The position numbers and the translations under genes were made by a program. Shown in pieces: positions 46,295 to 56,669 of a DNA stretch of 64,000 nt. The notes under the pieces were generated by a model. The model made no database searches, was not told the origin of the DNA, and saw only the letters and a program-made list of their open reading frames with translations. Source of the stretch: Gammaproteobacteria bacterium (GTDB lineage Bacteria; Pseudomonadota; Gammaproteobacteria; Eutrophobiales; Eutrophobiaceae); assembly GCA_965200295.1 (NCBI GenBank), contig OZ241347.1:3390093-3454092 (forward strand), read 5' to 3'. Numbering within the stretch: position 1 is the stretch's first letter; every line of letters begins with the position of its first letter.

Positions 46295-46675
46295 TCACAG
46301 TTCCTTCACAAACTCCAGGTAAACGTCTTCATCCATAAACTGCTCCAGTTCGCCCACATCATCGGGCACTATTCTGAAAAACCAGCCGCTGTTCATGGGG
46401 TCGAAATTGACTGCTTCGGGCTTGTCTGCCAGGGCGCCATTCACCGCCAGCACTTCGCCGTTGATGGCCGCCTTGATCTCGCCGGCGGCCTTGACCGATT
46501 CGATGACCGCGGCGTCACTGCCGGCGCTTAGAATTTCACCGGCGTTGGGTAACTCGACATAGACTACATCACCAAGCTGCTCCTGGGCATAATCGGTGAT
46601 GCCGACCGTCACTGACCCGTCATCTTCCAGCCGCAGCCACTCGTGCTCTTCGGTAAACTTGACAGTACTGCTCAT
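46295..46675 (-). CDS. gcvH: glycine cleavage system protein H
   Basis: 126 aa; lipoyl-Lys motif region ESVKAAGEIKA and typical GcvH ends. Confidence 0.9.
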   Translation of the reverse strand: MSSTVKFTEEHEWLRLEDDGSVTVGITDYAQEQLGDVVYVELPNAGEILSAGSDAAVIESVKAAGEIKAAINGEVLAVNGALADKPEAVNFDPMNSGWFFRIVPDDVGELEQFMDEDVYLEFVKEL

Positions 46676-46896
46676 TTGCGAAAAATCTCCTCGTTGAACT
46701 GTGTTACAGGCGCCTCTAATTTTTAGAGGTTACTTTATGAGAACCTCTGATTTTCAGAGGCGCTTTTTTTCGCTATTTTGACGTATAACCCTGGTAGATA
46801 CAATATTAAAACGGGCTCAGCCCAGCTGACAAGGCAGTTCAATTTGCTGTAGCATAGCGTTAAATGAAAAAATGCCACAAAGTCAGAGGTGACAAG

Positions 46897-47103
46897 ATGA
46901 TTACAGATACCATCACACTTGCAGAAAAGCTGGAATCCTCCGGATTAGATACAGCGCCGGCCAAAAGAATTGCCAAAGCGATTCATGAACATCAATCTGA
47001 GCATTTTGCCACAAAAGCGGACTTGGCAGAGTTAAAAATTTCGTTGATGATCGGGAACGCCGTGCTTGCGGGGCCGGTTGTAGCTCTGATTAAACTTATC
47101 TGA
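46897..47103 (+). CDS. small DUF1640-like protein
   Basis: Start at MITDTITL. FATKADLAELKISLMIGNAVLAGPVVALIKLI tail resembles the DUF1640 C-terminus. Confidence 0.4.
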   Translation: MITDTITLAEKLESSGLDTAPAKRIAKAIHEHQSEHFATKADLAELKISLMIGNAVLAGPVVALIKLI

Positions 47104-47122
47104 ATTTCCCCACCTTCCGGAT

Positions 47123-48496
47123 ATGCGAGTTAACTCCCTGCTCAATGCCACCGCTCCGGTGCAGGAGGTGGAAGTATCCGGCTGGGTCAGGACCAAACGG
47201 GATGCCAAGGACTTTTCCTTTATTGAACTGAACGATGGTTCCTGTCTGGCCAATATTCAGGTTATTGCCGATGCAAACCTGGAAAATAGTGAGACGCTCA
47301 GGCATATCGGCACCGGCGCTGCGGTCAAGGTGAAGGGTGACCTGGTGGAATCGCCGGGGCAGGGGCAGCGCTGGGAGCTGCGGGCCACCGCGCTGGAGGT
47401 CATCGGCGCCGCGCCGGAGGACTATCCGTTGCAAAAGAAACGGCATTCCGACGAGTTTCTGCGCAGCATCGCCCATCTGCGCCCGCGCACCAATAAGTAC
47501 GGCGCGCTGTTTCGCCTCCGCTCGCAGCTGGCGCACGCCATTCACACCTTCTTGCAGACGCGCGGCTTTAACTGGATTCACACCCCCATCATCACCGGCG
47601 CTGATTGTGAGGGCGCCGGGGAACTGTTCAAGGTGACGGCGCTGGACCTGGACAACGTGCCGCAGCAGGCCGGCAAGACAGACTTCAGCCGGGATTTCTT
47701 CGGCAAGGAGGCGAACCTGACGGTGTCGGGGCAACTGGAGGTGGAGGCCTACTGCCTCAGCTTAGGGCGCGTTTACACCTTCGGCCCGACGTTTCGCGCC
47801 GAGAACTCCAATACTTCGCGTCACGCCGCCGAGTTCTGGATGATCGAACCGGAAATGGCATTTGCCGACCTGAACGACAACATGGACTTGAGCGAGGCAA
47901 TGATCCGCTACCTGGTGAACTTTGTACGGGAAGAATGCCGCGCCGACCTGAACCTGTTCTGCCGCTTCGTGGACAAAGCCCTGCCCGCCACGCTGGACAA
48001 CATCGCCGACAACGACTTCGTGCGCCTGCCGTACACAGAGGCCGTGGAAATCCTGCAACAGGCCGGGTGCAACTTCGAGTTCCCCCCGGCCTGGGGCAAA
48101 GACCTGCAATCCGAACACGAGCGCTTCCTGACTGAGCAGCACTTCAAGCGACCGGTGATCGTGTACGATTACCCAAAAGACATCAAGGCGTTTTACATGC
48201 GCGGCAACGATGACGGGCGCACGGTGGCGGCCATGGATGTGCTGGCGCCTGCCATCGGTGAGATTATAGGGGGCAGCCAGCGCGAAGAGCGCTACGACTA
48301 CCTGGAACAACGCCTCCGGGAACTGGGCTTTGACCCCGCCGATTACTGGTGGTATCTGGACTTGCGCAAATACGGCAGCGCCCCCCACAGCGGCTTTGGC
48401 CTGGGCTTCGAGCGGCTGCTGATGCTACTCACCGGCGTCAGCAACATTCGCGACGTCATCCCGTTCCCGCGCACACCCGGTAACTTGGAGTTTTAA
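47123..48496 (+). CDS. asnS: asparagine--tRNA ligase
   Basis: 457 aa; OB-fold N-domain, class II aaRS motifs (FRAE..., GGSQRE) and end-to-end AsnS-like architecture. Confidence 0.9.
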   Translation: MRVNSLLNATAPVQEVEVSGWVRTKRDAKDFSFIELNDGSCLANIQVIADANLENSETLRHIGTGAAVKVKGDLVESPGQGQRWELRATALEVIGAAPEDYPLQKKRHSDEFLRSIAHLRPRTNKYGALFRLRSQLAHAIHTFLQTRGFNWIHTPIITGADCEGAGELFKVTALDLDNVPQQAGKTDFSRDFFGKEANLTVSGQLEVEAYCLSLGRVYTFGPTFRAENSNTSRHAAEFWMIEPEMAFADLNDNMDLSEAMIRYLVNFVREECRADLNLFCRFVDKALPATLDNIADNDFVRLPYTEAVEILQQAGCNFEFPPAWGKDLQSEHERFLTEQHFKRPVIVYDYPKDIKAFYMRGNDDGRTVAAMDVLAPAIGEIIGGSQREERYDYLEQRLRELGFDPADYWWYLDLRKYGSAPHSGFGLGFERLLMLLTGVSNIRDVIPFPRTPGNLEF

Positions 48497-48541
48497 GGAG
48501 CGGCGCAGCCGGACAGTAGCTGTAGCCGGCGCTGGTTACCT

Positions 48542-50584
48542 TCAGGCATTACCGTCAAGCCGACCTCCATGCCCCCGCAAAAACACTTCCACATCCGCTA
48601 ACTCCCTGGTATGTCCCATCTTCGGCAGGCTGTTCAGGAACGTCCTGCCGTAGGGCTTGGTGGTCAGCCTGGGGTCGCCGACCATCAGGATGCCGTAGTC
48701 GTTGCGGTCGCGGATCAGGCGGCCGATGCCTTGTTTCAGGGTCAGCACCGCTTCGGGGACCTGGTATTCCAGGAACGGGTTGCGGCCCTGCTCCTGCATG
48801 CGGGTCAGTCGGGCGCTCATGACCGGGTCGCCGGGGGACGCGAACGGCAATTTGTCGATGATCACGCAGGACAGCGCCTGGCCGCGCACGTCCACGCCTT
48901 CCCAGAAGCTGCTGGCACCCAGCAATACCGCATGAGGGGTGGTCCTGAAGGTTTCCAACAGTTCGGTGCGCGGCGCCTCGCCCTGCACCAGGATGGGGTA
49001 AGCCAATGCCACACCTATCAGTTCGGCAGCTTCCCGTAGCGCCCGGTGGCTGGTGAACAGGAAAAACGCCCGCCCCTCGGTAAGGCGCAGTAGCGGGATG
49101 GCTGTTGCCACCAGGCGTGCGGTGAAATTTTGGGATCTGGGCTCGGGCAGACCCCGGGGCAGGTATAACAGGGACTGAGCCGCGAAGTCAAACGGGCTCT
49201 GCCAGCCGCGCGCCGGCGCCTGCTCCAGCCCCAGTCGCGCGGAAAAATAGTCAAACCGTTGCGCCACGCTCAGGGTGGCCGAGGTAAACACGTTTACGCA
49301 CTTAAGTCCCTCCATGCGCGCGCGGAATATGTCGGCCACATCCAACGGGGTCTGGTGCAGGTAAAAATGCCTGCCGCGCACTTCCAGCCAGTGGATATGG
49401 TTTGCCTGTGCGCCCTCTGCGGGCAAGGCCTCAGACTCCGGCAATAACGCCCCCTGTTCCTCAGCCGCTAGCGCGTCTGGCGAAGACGTGTCCTCTGCGC
49501 TCGATGGCGCCGGGGCCGCGCGCGCTGCAAACCGCCCCAACAATGCCAGCGCGGCGCCAGCCCGCTTGCAGCAGTTATCCAGCGACTTGCCTCTACCGGC
49601 AAAGTCTGACAACACCTTGCGCACTTCGGTCAGCTTCGTCACCAGCGCCGTCAGCGTCGCCGCGACTTCTGTCCGCTCTTTCACCCCGGCCCAGGCCAAG
49701 CGGCTATCCTCTCTGGGCAAGGCCAGTCGCAGGTCGCGCGCCGCCTTGTCCAACCCGTCCAGCAGCGCCGGGAAATCCGGCAGATCTGCCGCTTCCTCAA
49801 AATACGCCGCCCGGGAGTCGGCCACCAGCTCCAGCAGTTGGCGGCTGCTCAAGGTCTCGCTGAAAAACTGTGACGCCAGTTCCGGTAACTGGTGCGCCTC
49901 ATCGAAGATCGCCACCTCGACAGACGGCAGCAACTCGCCGTAACCGGCCTCCTTGAGCACCATATCGGCTAAGAACAGGTGGTGGTTGACCACGGCCAGA
50001 TCCGCGTCCACGGCGCGGCGGCGGGCGCGGAACACGAAACAGTCGTCGTAGAAATCGCACTCCTGGTTCAGGCAGTTATCCGTAGTGGAAACACAGGCTG
50101 TGCGCACCGCTGAGTCTTCCGGGATGTGGGTCAACTCGGCCAGGTCACCGCTGTCCGTGCGCTGTGACCAGGCGCGGATATCGGCCAGATAGCTGCGCGC
50201 CTGCCGGTCGAGCCGGCGCCCATCCAGCTCTGTCAGTTGCAACCGGTGCCGGCACAGGTAATTCGCCCGCCCCTTGAGCAACGCCACCTTGAGCGCCCGC
50301 CCCACGGCCTTGCGTACCAGCGGCAGGTCGCGGCTGAACAACTGGTCCTGCAGGTGTTTGGTGCCGGTGGAGATGATCACCTTGTGACCGGACTGCAACG
50401 CCGGCACCAGATAGGCAAACGTCTTGCCGGTGCCGGTGCCAGCCTCGCAGATCAGCGTTTCTCCGGCGTCAATCGCCGCGCCGATGGCCTCGGCCATTTC
50501 CACCTGCTGTGGCCTGACGGAGTAGTCATCGATTAACTCTGCAAGAAGCCCTTGCGCGCCAAGAATGTCGGCTGGCGTTTGCAT
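48542..50584 (-). CDS. yoaA: ATP-dependent DNA helicase YoaA (DinG family)
   Basis: 680 aa; EAGTGTGKTFAYL Walker A, DEAH box (IFDEAHQLP), Fe-S Cys region (NCLNQECDFYDDCF), C-terminal helicase motifs. Collinear with E. coli YoaA. Confidence 0.85.
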   Translation of the reverse strand: MQTPADILGAQGLLAELIDDYSVRPQQVEMAEAIGAAIDAGETLICEAGTGTGKTFAYLVPALQSGHKVIISTGTKHLQDQLFSRDLPLVRKAVGRALKVALLKGRANYLCRHRLQLTELDGRRLDRQARSYLADIRAWSQRTDSGDLAELTHIPEDSAVRTACVSTTDNCLNQECDFYDDCFVFRARRRAVDADLAVVNHHLFLADMVLKEAGYGELLPSVEVAIFDEAHQLPELASQFFSETLSSRQLLELVADSRAAYFEEAADLPDFPALLDGLDKAARDLRLALPREDSRLAWAGVKERTEVAATLTALVTKLTEVRKVLSDFAGRGKSLDNCCKRAGAALALLGRFAARAAPAPSSAEDTSSPDALAAEEQGALLPESEALPAEGAQANHIHWLEVRGRHFYLHQTPLDVADIFRARMEGLKCVNVFTSATLSVAQRFDYFSARLGLEQAPARGWQSPFDFAAQSLLYLPRGLPEPRSQNFTARLVATAIPLLRLTEGRAFFLFTSHRALREAAELIGVALAYPILVQGEAPRTELLETFRTTPHAVLLGASSFWEGVDVRGQALSCVIIDKLPFASPGDPVMSARLTRMQEQGRNPFLEYQVPEAVLTLKQGIGRLIRDRNDYGILMVGDPRLTTKPYGRTFLNSLPKMGHTRELADVEVFLRGHGGRLDGNA

Positions 50585-50647
50585 GTGCTGGTTATAAAAT
50601 CCTTTCGCAGAGATGGTGACACTTTGCGTGTTTTTGACTTGCCATGC

Positions 50648-53600
50648 TCAGGCCGGCCCGGGCGCAGTGCAATCTACCGCGCATACGGAAATCTTTTTTC
50701 GTTGTTCATCACTATCGAGCAGCCGGCTTAACCGTTCTTCGAGTTCTCTCGGCGTTCCGGGTTTGGGGCCACCTGCGGGAGGTGGCGTGGTCTTTTCATG
50801 TCCGAACCAGAATACCAGATATATGCCGTAGCCGTATGCCCCGGGATCTATACTGTAGCGCTCGATCAGTTGCCTCCTGAGGCCATGCCAAAGGTCTTTG
50901 CTGTCATTGCATTTGATCTCGATGGGGACGTTATAGCTGCCAAATGAAACCCGGATATCTGCCCGTCCTTCATCGGCATAGCGCCCTTCAGGCTGCGCGT
51001 CGACTTGCATTTTTTTGAGAAGTGGTTTGATATCTGACAGAAACTGATCGCGACAGGTTTCTTCATGTCGGCGAGTGACGGGATATTCTTTCCAGTATTG
51101 TCGAAAATCATTCGTGTTTTCATATTTTATTCTTTCAGCTAATTCCTGAATGCGCTCGTGCGTTATGCAGGCCAGGTCGGCAACATTTGCCGGAGGGCCG
51201 TTATTCAGGGCAGAATGCACCTGCTCCAGGTCGGCATGTCTGAACCTGGCCTCACGTTTGGCGGCGCGTTGGGCATGCAGTGTCCGTCTTAACCAGGGAT
51301 GCCATTTTGACAGTTGGTCTGATCCAAGCAGAGATTCAATTGCGTCAGTACCTTCGTCTTCCAAGGAAGTTGCCAGTCGGGAAATCAGTTGCATGACTAC
51401 CTCTGATGCATCATCTGACGTCGAAACAGGCGCATGATAAGGGCCCAGCAGCTCCACCAGTAGCGACACCCCTGATAGGGGCAACTTGTCAACAGGCTGC
51501 CATTGCTTACCGCGGTAAGACAGGAATCCGCCCAAATAACTCATGCGCGCTTCTTTTACTGAGATAAATTCAATCAGTTGTTGAGCGAATTGTTCCGGTG
51601 CAAGAATGATACCGGCAGCCAGCCATAGTGTGCGCTGTGCAGCATCCATACTTTTCAAAGAGAGCTTTTTCCTGGTTAATTGTTTAAGGTCGTTGCGGTC
51701 TGCATGTTGCAGCGCAGCTGCTAACAGATCATAAAGTGGGACGAGCTGTTTTGAGGTACTGCGTACCCGAAAACTTTTCAGCAACGGCAGCACCACAAGG
51801 GCGGCCAGTTGACGGTGATTTTCATCAAAAGCAAGAGAGTAACTGCCGGCAAGATGCGTCTTGCCGGCCCGCAATGCCATTTTGCCATACATGGTATAAA
51901 TCCTGACCAGAAGCTCAGGGCGCTTGCGTAATATGGCTTTGTACCATCCGGTTTTTTCTGTCCCATCGGCCAAATGGAAAGCCAGCGCTTTTTCGAGTTT
52001 ATCCTGTTCCAGTTCCAGCAATGTTCGTAAAGCGCCTTTGGCTAACTCATCTATCCCAGCCCGATAAGTATGGGAATAAATGGAATGTTTACCATCCACA
52101 TGCGCTTGCAGGATTTCTTTCGAGTCCGGTATGTCTTCCCGATAGATGAAGCGTTGCAAGCCACTTAACATGCTCTGAACCAGGCCAATATCGTTATTGA
52201 AAAAGTGCATCAGCCTTGCGCGCGGATTATCACCTCTCGCCTCGATAAAATAGCCATAATAGGCTGAGGCTAGCTTGCTGAATAGCGCGGGTTTTGCCGT
52301 GCCCGCTTCAATCTCTCTTAAGTTATTCCGCACATATTGCAGGAAGGCCTGTTTGGCCTGTTCTTTCTCATTCCCGAAGCGTTTACGCGCACGGTTGGAT
52401 TGGCCGTACTCGGGACTGATTTCCGCTACGCGGTTTACGTTCCAATACTGTTTGAGGCAACTATCCCTTGCCACAGCTTCTTCTACCAGTTCCAGAGACA
52501 TGCCGGTATTTCCGTTTTCTGCAAACAGAGTTGAGATACTTTCTGAAAAAAAATATTTACGGATGTTTTGATCATCACCAGCCATAGCCTTATGCAGACA
52601 CCAACGGCCATAGTCTTCCGGAAAATCCGCATTAAACAACCGCTCGCTGATTCTGGAAACACACCAGTTGAAGTTGTCTGACTTGCTGCATTGGTGCAGC
52701 CGACATTCAACCAGCTGCTTTTGAATTTCCGGGTGTTGCTGCAACCATTTTCTAATGCGCGTGGCATCCTGGTGCGAAAGTAAAATCGAGTCATACTCAT
52801 CAAGCCCCAGCCCCAGCCAGCCCAGCAGTCTTGTCGTTTCCACACCGGCGCCGTATTTTTCAACGCCCCTCACCAGCAAATTGCCGACCATAGTCCGATA
52901 AGTATATTCATCAGAACCGTGCCGCGACTGCGCCGGTATTGTTACGAAGGCATCCAGCAGCGGAGGAATCTGACCATCACTGGACAGTTTGGTTAATTCA
53001 TAGCTCCAGAAGTAGTCATAGATACCGATGTAATCAGTTCGTTTGGGTGATCGAAGGTAATTGAATATTTCATCAGGTGAGATTTGATTCGGATATTGAG
53101 AGAGCAGCAATTGTCCCAGGAGTTCGTCTTCCGGGTCAGAGATGATACCTTGCCAGACATCCTCCAGAATTTTCTGCAGCGCTTGTTGATCATTGAAACG
53201 GACCAATACCTGCAGTGCCTGCCTTCGGTTCCACAACTGGTAATCAGGATCCTTAAGCAAGCTGAGCAGGGCGTCTGATAATCCCGGCAGCGCTTTGCCA
53301 GCGGTCATGGACGCCAGCACATACGCAAGCAGGTATTGATGCGTATCACTGTGGTCACGGGATTTAAGAATACTTAGATATTCTTGCTCCATATCAGTCT
53401 GACAAAGAGCGCCGAAAGGCTGTGTGTTCCGATAATCAATGCCGATATTCCCTGCTTTTTCGGCATGGTTGCTCAACTCGTGCAACAGTTTAAGGCGGCC
53501 TTCTTTACTGAACAGACTGACATCGCCGTACAAAACCACTCCGAGCGGGTCGCGTTGCATCAGTTTATCCCGCTCAGTATGGCAAAGTGCAGCAATCCAG

Positions 53601-54661
53601 GCATAAATACCGCGTAACCCGGAAACTATTCCACCATCGGCTCCCGTTATGAGAGCTAACACCCGTCCGACTGGCAATGCCTCTTGAACGATTTTATTCG
53701 ATAAATAATAAGCGCTCAGGTATTCCGCAAAAATACGGTGGCTGTATTCAGAGTGTCCATCATGCGTTGCGAACAATCGTGTTTTTGCCACCCGTTGCAG
53801 TAGCGCCGGGTCACCATCTGCCATATCCCCTACGAAGGGATAATCATCGTTTGCGTTTGACCGCATTGACGCGAAACCCGGTTTGTGCGCCAGGAGCATC
53901 ACCGCGCAAAGCATACCGGATGCCTGCATAAGTTGTTCAGCGGGAGGAGTTTGATTACGGTGAGCAATATTATGAGTTTGATTCCATTCTTCCAGCAACA
54001 ATCTTTCGCAGGCCAACCTGAAAACATCTGCTTTTCTTTCAGGCCACTGGCTTCCTCCGCCCACGGCTACAACCAGCATTTCCAGGATTTGCGGGTTTTT
54101 GATTAACTCAATAAGTCCCCGGTGTTGTGCCTCTTGCAGGAATGAAGACGCATCAGACTCTGTTTTATGGTGATTGTCGATAAGGACTTGTAGTAAGTCT
54201 TCCTCTGTAAGCTCAGCCAGGAACAATTCTTTAGGCTGCTCAGGTGACACCTTCGTTAATTCTTCCCTATCGCTTGCGCCGTACCAGTCCGCTGCGCGAC
54301 AGGAGAGGCGAAACCTTGGCCGTTCAAGTTGAGCCAGTTTTTTACGAATTTCGTCGAAGGGAGATAATGCATTATCTTTTCCCGCCCTGACTTCGTCCAA
54401 GCCATCGATAAAGAGGGTATTAGCGCGCCAATCAGAGTTGACATCGAAAGTAATAAAGTCCCTGGCACTGACGTATGCACAGCCATCTTGTTTTGCCTCT
54501 TCCTTGAAGGCCGTAGTCTTCCCGCTGCCTGGCTGTCCCAGTAGCACGTATGCCGGACACTTCCGGTAAGACGATAACTCCCCTGACTTTCGAATTTCCG
54601 GCCCCGCGCTGTCTTTGACGAACTCATAGCACCTCCTCGGCGCATAATAATTCAGACTCAT
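50648..54661 (-). CDS. NACHT-type STAND NTPase with long alpha-helical repeat region and C-terminal PD-(D/E)xK-like module
   Basis: Walker A VLLGQPGSGKTT, NACHT Walker B LFIDGLDEV, NPQILEML helix; about 1,000 aa helical region; C-terminal ADIRVSFGSYNVPIEIKC (D...ExK). Start ATG overlaps the upstream gene's stop (ATGA). AT-rich relative to flanks. Confidence 0.65.
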   Translation of the reverse strand: MSLNYYAPRRCYEFVKDSAGPEIRKSGELSSYRKCPAYVLLGQPGSGKTTAFKEEAKQDGCAYVSARDFITFDVNSDWRANTLFIDGLDEVRAGKDNALSPFDEIRKKLAQLERPRFRLSCRAADWYGASDREELTKVSPEQPKELFLAELTEEDLLQVLIDNHHKTESDASSFLQEAQHRGLIELIKNPQILEMLVVAVGGGSQWPERKADVFRLACERLLLEEWNQTHNIAHRNQTPPAEQLMQASGMLCAVMLLAHKPGFASMRSNANDDYPFVGDMADGDPALLQRVAKTRLFATHDGHSEYSHRIFAEYLSAYYLSNKIVQEALPVGRVLALITGADGGIVSGLRGIYAWIAALCHTERDKLMQRDPLGVVLYGDVSLFSKEGRLKLLHELSNHAEKAGNIGIDYRNTQPFGALCQTDMEQEYLSILKSRDHSDTHQYLLAYVLASMTAGKALPGLSDALLSLLKDPDYQLWNRRQALQVLVRFNDQQALQKILEDVWQGIISDPEDELLGQLLLSQYPNQISPDEIFNYLRSPKRTDYIGIYDYFWSYELTKLSSDGQIPPLLDAFVTIPAQSRHGSDEYTYRTMVGNLLVRGVEKYGAGVETTRLLGWLGLGLDEYDSILLSHQDATRIRKWLQQHPEIQKQLVECRLHQCSKSDNFNWCVSRISERLFNADFPEDYGRWCLHKAMAGDDQNIRKYFFSESISTLFAENGNTGMSLELVEEAVARDSCLKQYWNVNRVAEISPEYGQSNRARKRFGNEKEQAKQAFLQYVRNNLREIEAGTAKPALFSKLASAYYGYFIEARGDNPRARLMHFFNNDIGLVQSMLSGLQRFIYREDIPDSKEILQAHVDGKHSIYSHTYRAGIDELAKGALRTLLELEQDKLEKALAFHLADGTEKTGWYKAILRKRPELLVRIYTMYGKMALRAGKTHLAGSYSLAFDENHRQLAALVVLPLLKSFRVRSTSKQLVPLYDLLAAALQHADRNDLKQLTRKKLSLKSMDAAQRTLWLAAGIILAPEQFAQQLIEFISVKEARMSYLGGFLSYRGKQWQPVDKLPLSGVSLLVELLGPYHAPVSTSDDASEVVMQLISRLATSLEDEGTDAIESLLGSDQLSKWHPWLRRTLHAQRAAKREARFRHADLEQVHSALNNGPPANVADLACITHERIQELAERIKYENTNDFRQYWKEYPVTRRHEETCRDQFLSDIKPLLKKMQVDAQPEGRYADEGRADIRVSFGSYNVPIEIKCNDSKDLWHGLRRQLIERYSIDPGAYGYGIYLVFWFGHEKTTPPPAGGPKPGTPRELEERLSRLLDSDEQRKKISVCAVDCTAPGPA

Positions 54662-55983
54662 CTGAACCACTCTTTCGGGTCAGTCAACAAAAAAATGTCC
54701 AGCGGCACACCTTGGGCGCCCACTAAAACCTCATTGTGTGGCTTGAACTGCCGGGAAAAACTGTCCAGCCCGCGACGGGTTACTTTGCTGCTTGCGGACT
54801 TTACCTCTATGGCGACAACTCGATTCCCCTTGACCAAAATAAAATCCACTTCATCATGTCCATGCCGCCAGTAGTAGAGCCTGCAATCCGGGATGCTGTG
54901 GTTGTAAAGGTGCGCGCCTACGGCGCTTTCTACCAATCGCCCCCAGTAGCTGCGGTCTCCCTGTGCCTCCTCAAACGAATAGCCTGACGCTGCGCTCATC
55001 AATGCCGTATTGAGCACATTGAGTTTAGGGCTGGAGGAACGCCGACGCTGTGGTTGATTGGCATATTTTTCCAACCCTGCCAACAATCCTGCCTGGGTCA
55101 GCAAATCCAGGTAATGCGCAAGTGTTGTGGTATTGCCCGCGCCTTGGAGTTGTCCCAGCATCTTGTTGTAGGACAACTCCTGTCCTGAATAATGACACCC
55201 CAGATCGAACAGGTTTTTCAACAACATCTTCTTGTCAACCCGGGTCATCATGAAAATATCTTTTCTGATATTCGGCTCGATTAACGAATCCCGCACGTAG
55301 CTTGCCCAACGCTGTTGATCGTGAATGTACCGGATACTGCCGGGATAGCCGCCATAATAAATATACTGCAGCAGGTCGATGTCAAAGGCGCCATTCATTT
55401 CCTCAAATGACCAATGCGCCATACGCAGCAGCTCAAAGCGGCCGGCCAGACTTTCCGTCAGACCTTGTTGCACCAGCAGGGGCGCAGAGCCCAGTAAAAC
55501 GACATGCATGGGCCTTTCCAGGGCGCGGTCGGCATCCCACAGACCTTTCACCGTCTCCGACCAGTTCTTGATCTTCTGTATCTCGTCCAGTACCAGAACG
55601 AAATTTCGTTGAGCTTCTGCCTGATTTAGAGGACCAGGGCGCAGGGTTAATTCATCAGCGGCGATACGCGCCTTTTCCCAATTCTTTACCAACCAGGCCA
55701 CATCGTATTCCACCACTCCTGAAGCGATAGCCTCGTCGGTATCATGCAGAGACGGATAAAGCGCTGGCAGAACCGGCTTACCTATATCATGGTAGTGGTA
55801 GTATGCAGACGGATAGTGCGCCGACAAGGCTCGTCTGACCAGAGTTGTTTTACCAACCTGACGTGGGCCGGCAACGATAATTATCCGGCTGACCGGTTCT
55901 CGAAGCCTGTCTATTAACGTTTTTGCATGTATCCGTTGATACGCCATAAACGCTATTTTACACCATTGAGTAAAATTACTCAA
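54658..55983 (-). CDS. COG1373-type AAA+ ATPase with C-terminal DUF4143/PD-(D/E)xK domain
   Basis: Walker A AGPRQVGKTTL, Walker B VLVLDEIQ, C-terminal HGHDEVDFILV...AIEVK. Alternative start MAYQRIH at 55947. Confidence 0.75.
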   Translation of the reverse strand: MSNFTQWCKIAFMAYQRIHAKTLIDRLREPVSRIIIVAGPRQVGKTTLVRRALSAHYPSAYYHYHDIGKPVLPALYPSLHDTDEAIASGVVEYDVAWLVKNWEKARIAADELTLRPGPLNQAEAQRNFVLVLDEIQKIKNWSETVKGLWDADRALERPMHVVLLGSAPLLVQQGLTESLAGRFELLRMAHWSFEEMNGAFDIDLLQYIYYGGYPGSIRYIHDQQRWASYVRDSLIEPNIRKDIFMMTRVDKKMLLKNLFDLGCHYSGQELSYNKMLGQLQGAGNTTTLAHYLDLLTQAGLLAGLEKYANQPQRRRSSSPKLNVLNTALMSAASGYSFEEAQGDRSYWGRLVESAVGAHLYNHSIPDCRLYYWRHGHDEVDFILVKGNRVVAIEVKSASSKVTRRGLDSFSRQFKPHNEVLVGAQGVPLDIFLLTDPKEWFR

Positions 55984-56092
55984 TGGTGTAAATAATCTTG
56001 GCCGTTCCCGCTAAATAGTATCAGGCAACCACTAAAATACTCTCCGTGGCATTTTTAGAGGCACCCATCGGGCATCGCAATGGCATATTGCT

Positions 56093-56662
56093 TCAGCTTT
56101 TCACCCGACTCACATATTCCCCCGTGCGGGTGTCCACCTTGATCTTTTCTCCCTGCTCTACGAACAGGGGCACCTTGACGGTGGCGCCGGTTTCCAGGGT
56201 GGCGGGTTTGGCGCCGCCAGAGGCGGTGTCGCCGCGGACGCCGGGGTCGGTTTCGGTAATGGTCAGTTCAACGAAGTTGGGGGCTTGCACGGACAGCGGG
56301 GCGCCGTTCCACAGGGTTATCCCGCACAGCTCCTCGCCGGTCAACCACTGCTCGGCAGCGCCCAGCGCCGTGCGGCCCACCTCGAACTGTTCGTAGGTGT
56401 TCAGATCCATGAAGTACCAGAGTTCGCCGTCGTTATAGAGATACTGCAATTCTGCGTCAATCACGTCCGCGGCGGGCACGCTCTCCCCGGACTTGCAGGT
56501 CTTGTCCAGCACCCGACCGGTCTTCAGGTTGCGGATTTTGATACGCGTAAACGCCTGCCCCTTACCCGGCTTGACGAACTCGCTGTCAAGTATGATGCAA
56601 GGGTCACCGTCAATAAGTAATTTCAGGCCCGGCCTGAATTCGTTGGTGCTGTGGTTGACCAT
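56093..56662 (-). CDS. efp: elongation factor P
   Basis: Start at MVNHSTNEF. 189 aa collinear with EF-P, including the KPGKGQAF loop carrying the modified Lys. Confidence 0.9.
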   Translation of the reverse strand: MVNHSTNEFRPGLKLLIDGDPCIILDSEFVKPGKGQAFTRIKIRNLKTGRVLDKTCKSGESVPAADVIDAELQYLYNDGELWYFMDLNTYEQFEVGRTALGAAEQWLTGEELCGITLWNGAPLSVQAPNFVELTITETDPGVRGDTASGGAKPATLETGATVKVPLFVEQGEKIKVDTRTGEYVSRVKS

Positions 56663-56669
56663 AAGTTCT

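Noticed and set aside
48496-48542. Possible bidirectional terminator hairpin between convergent asnS and yoaA
   Set aside because: Only a 4-bp stem (ccgg…ccgg) with a long loop could be drawn, which is too weak to call.
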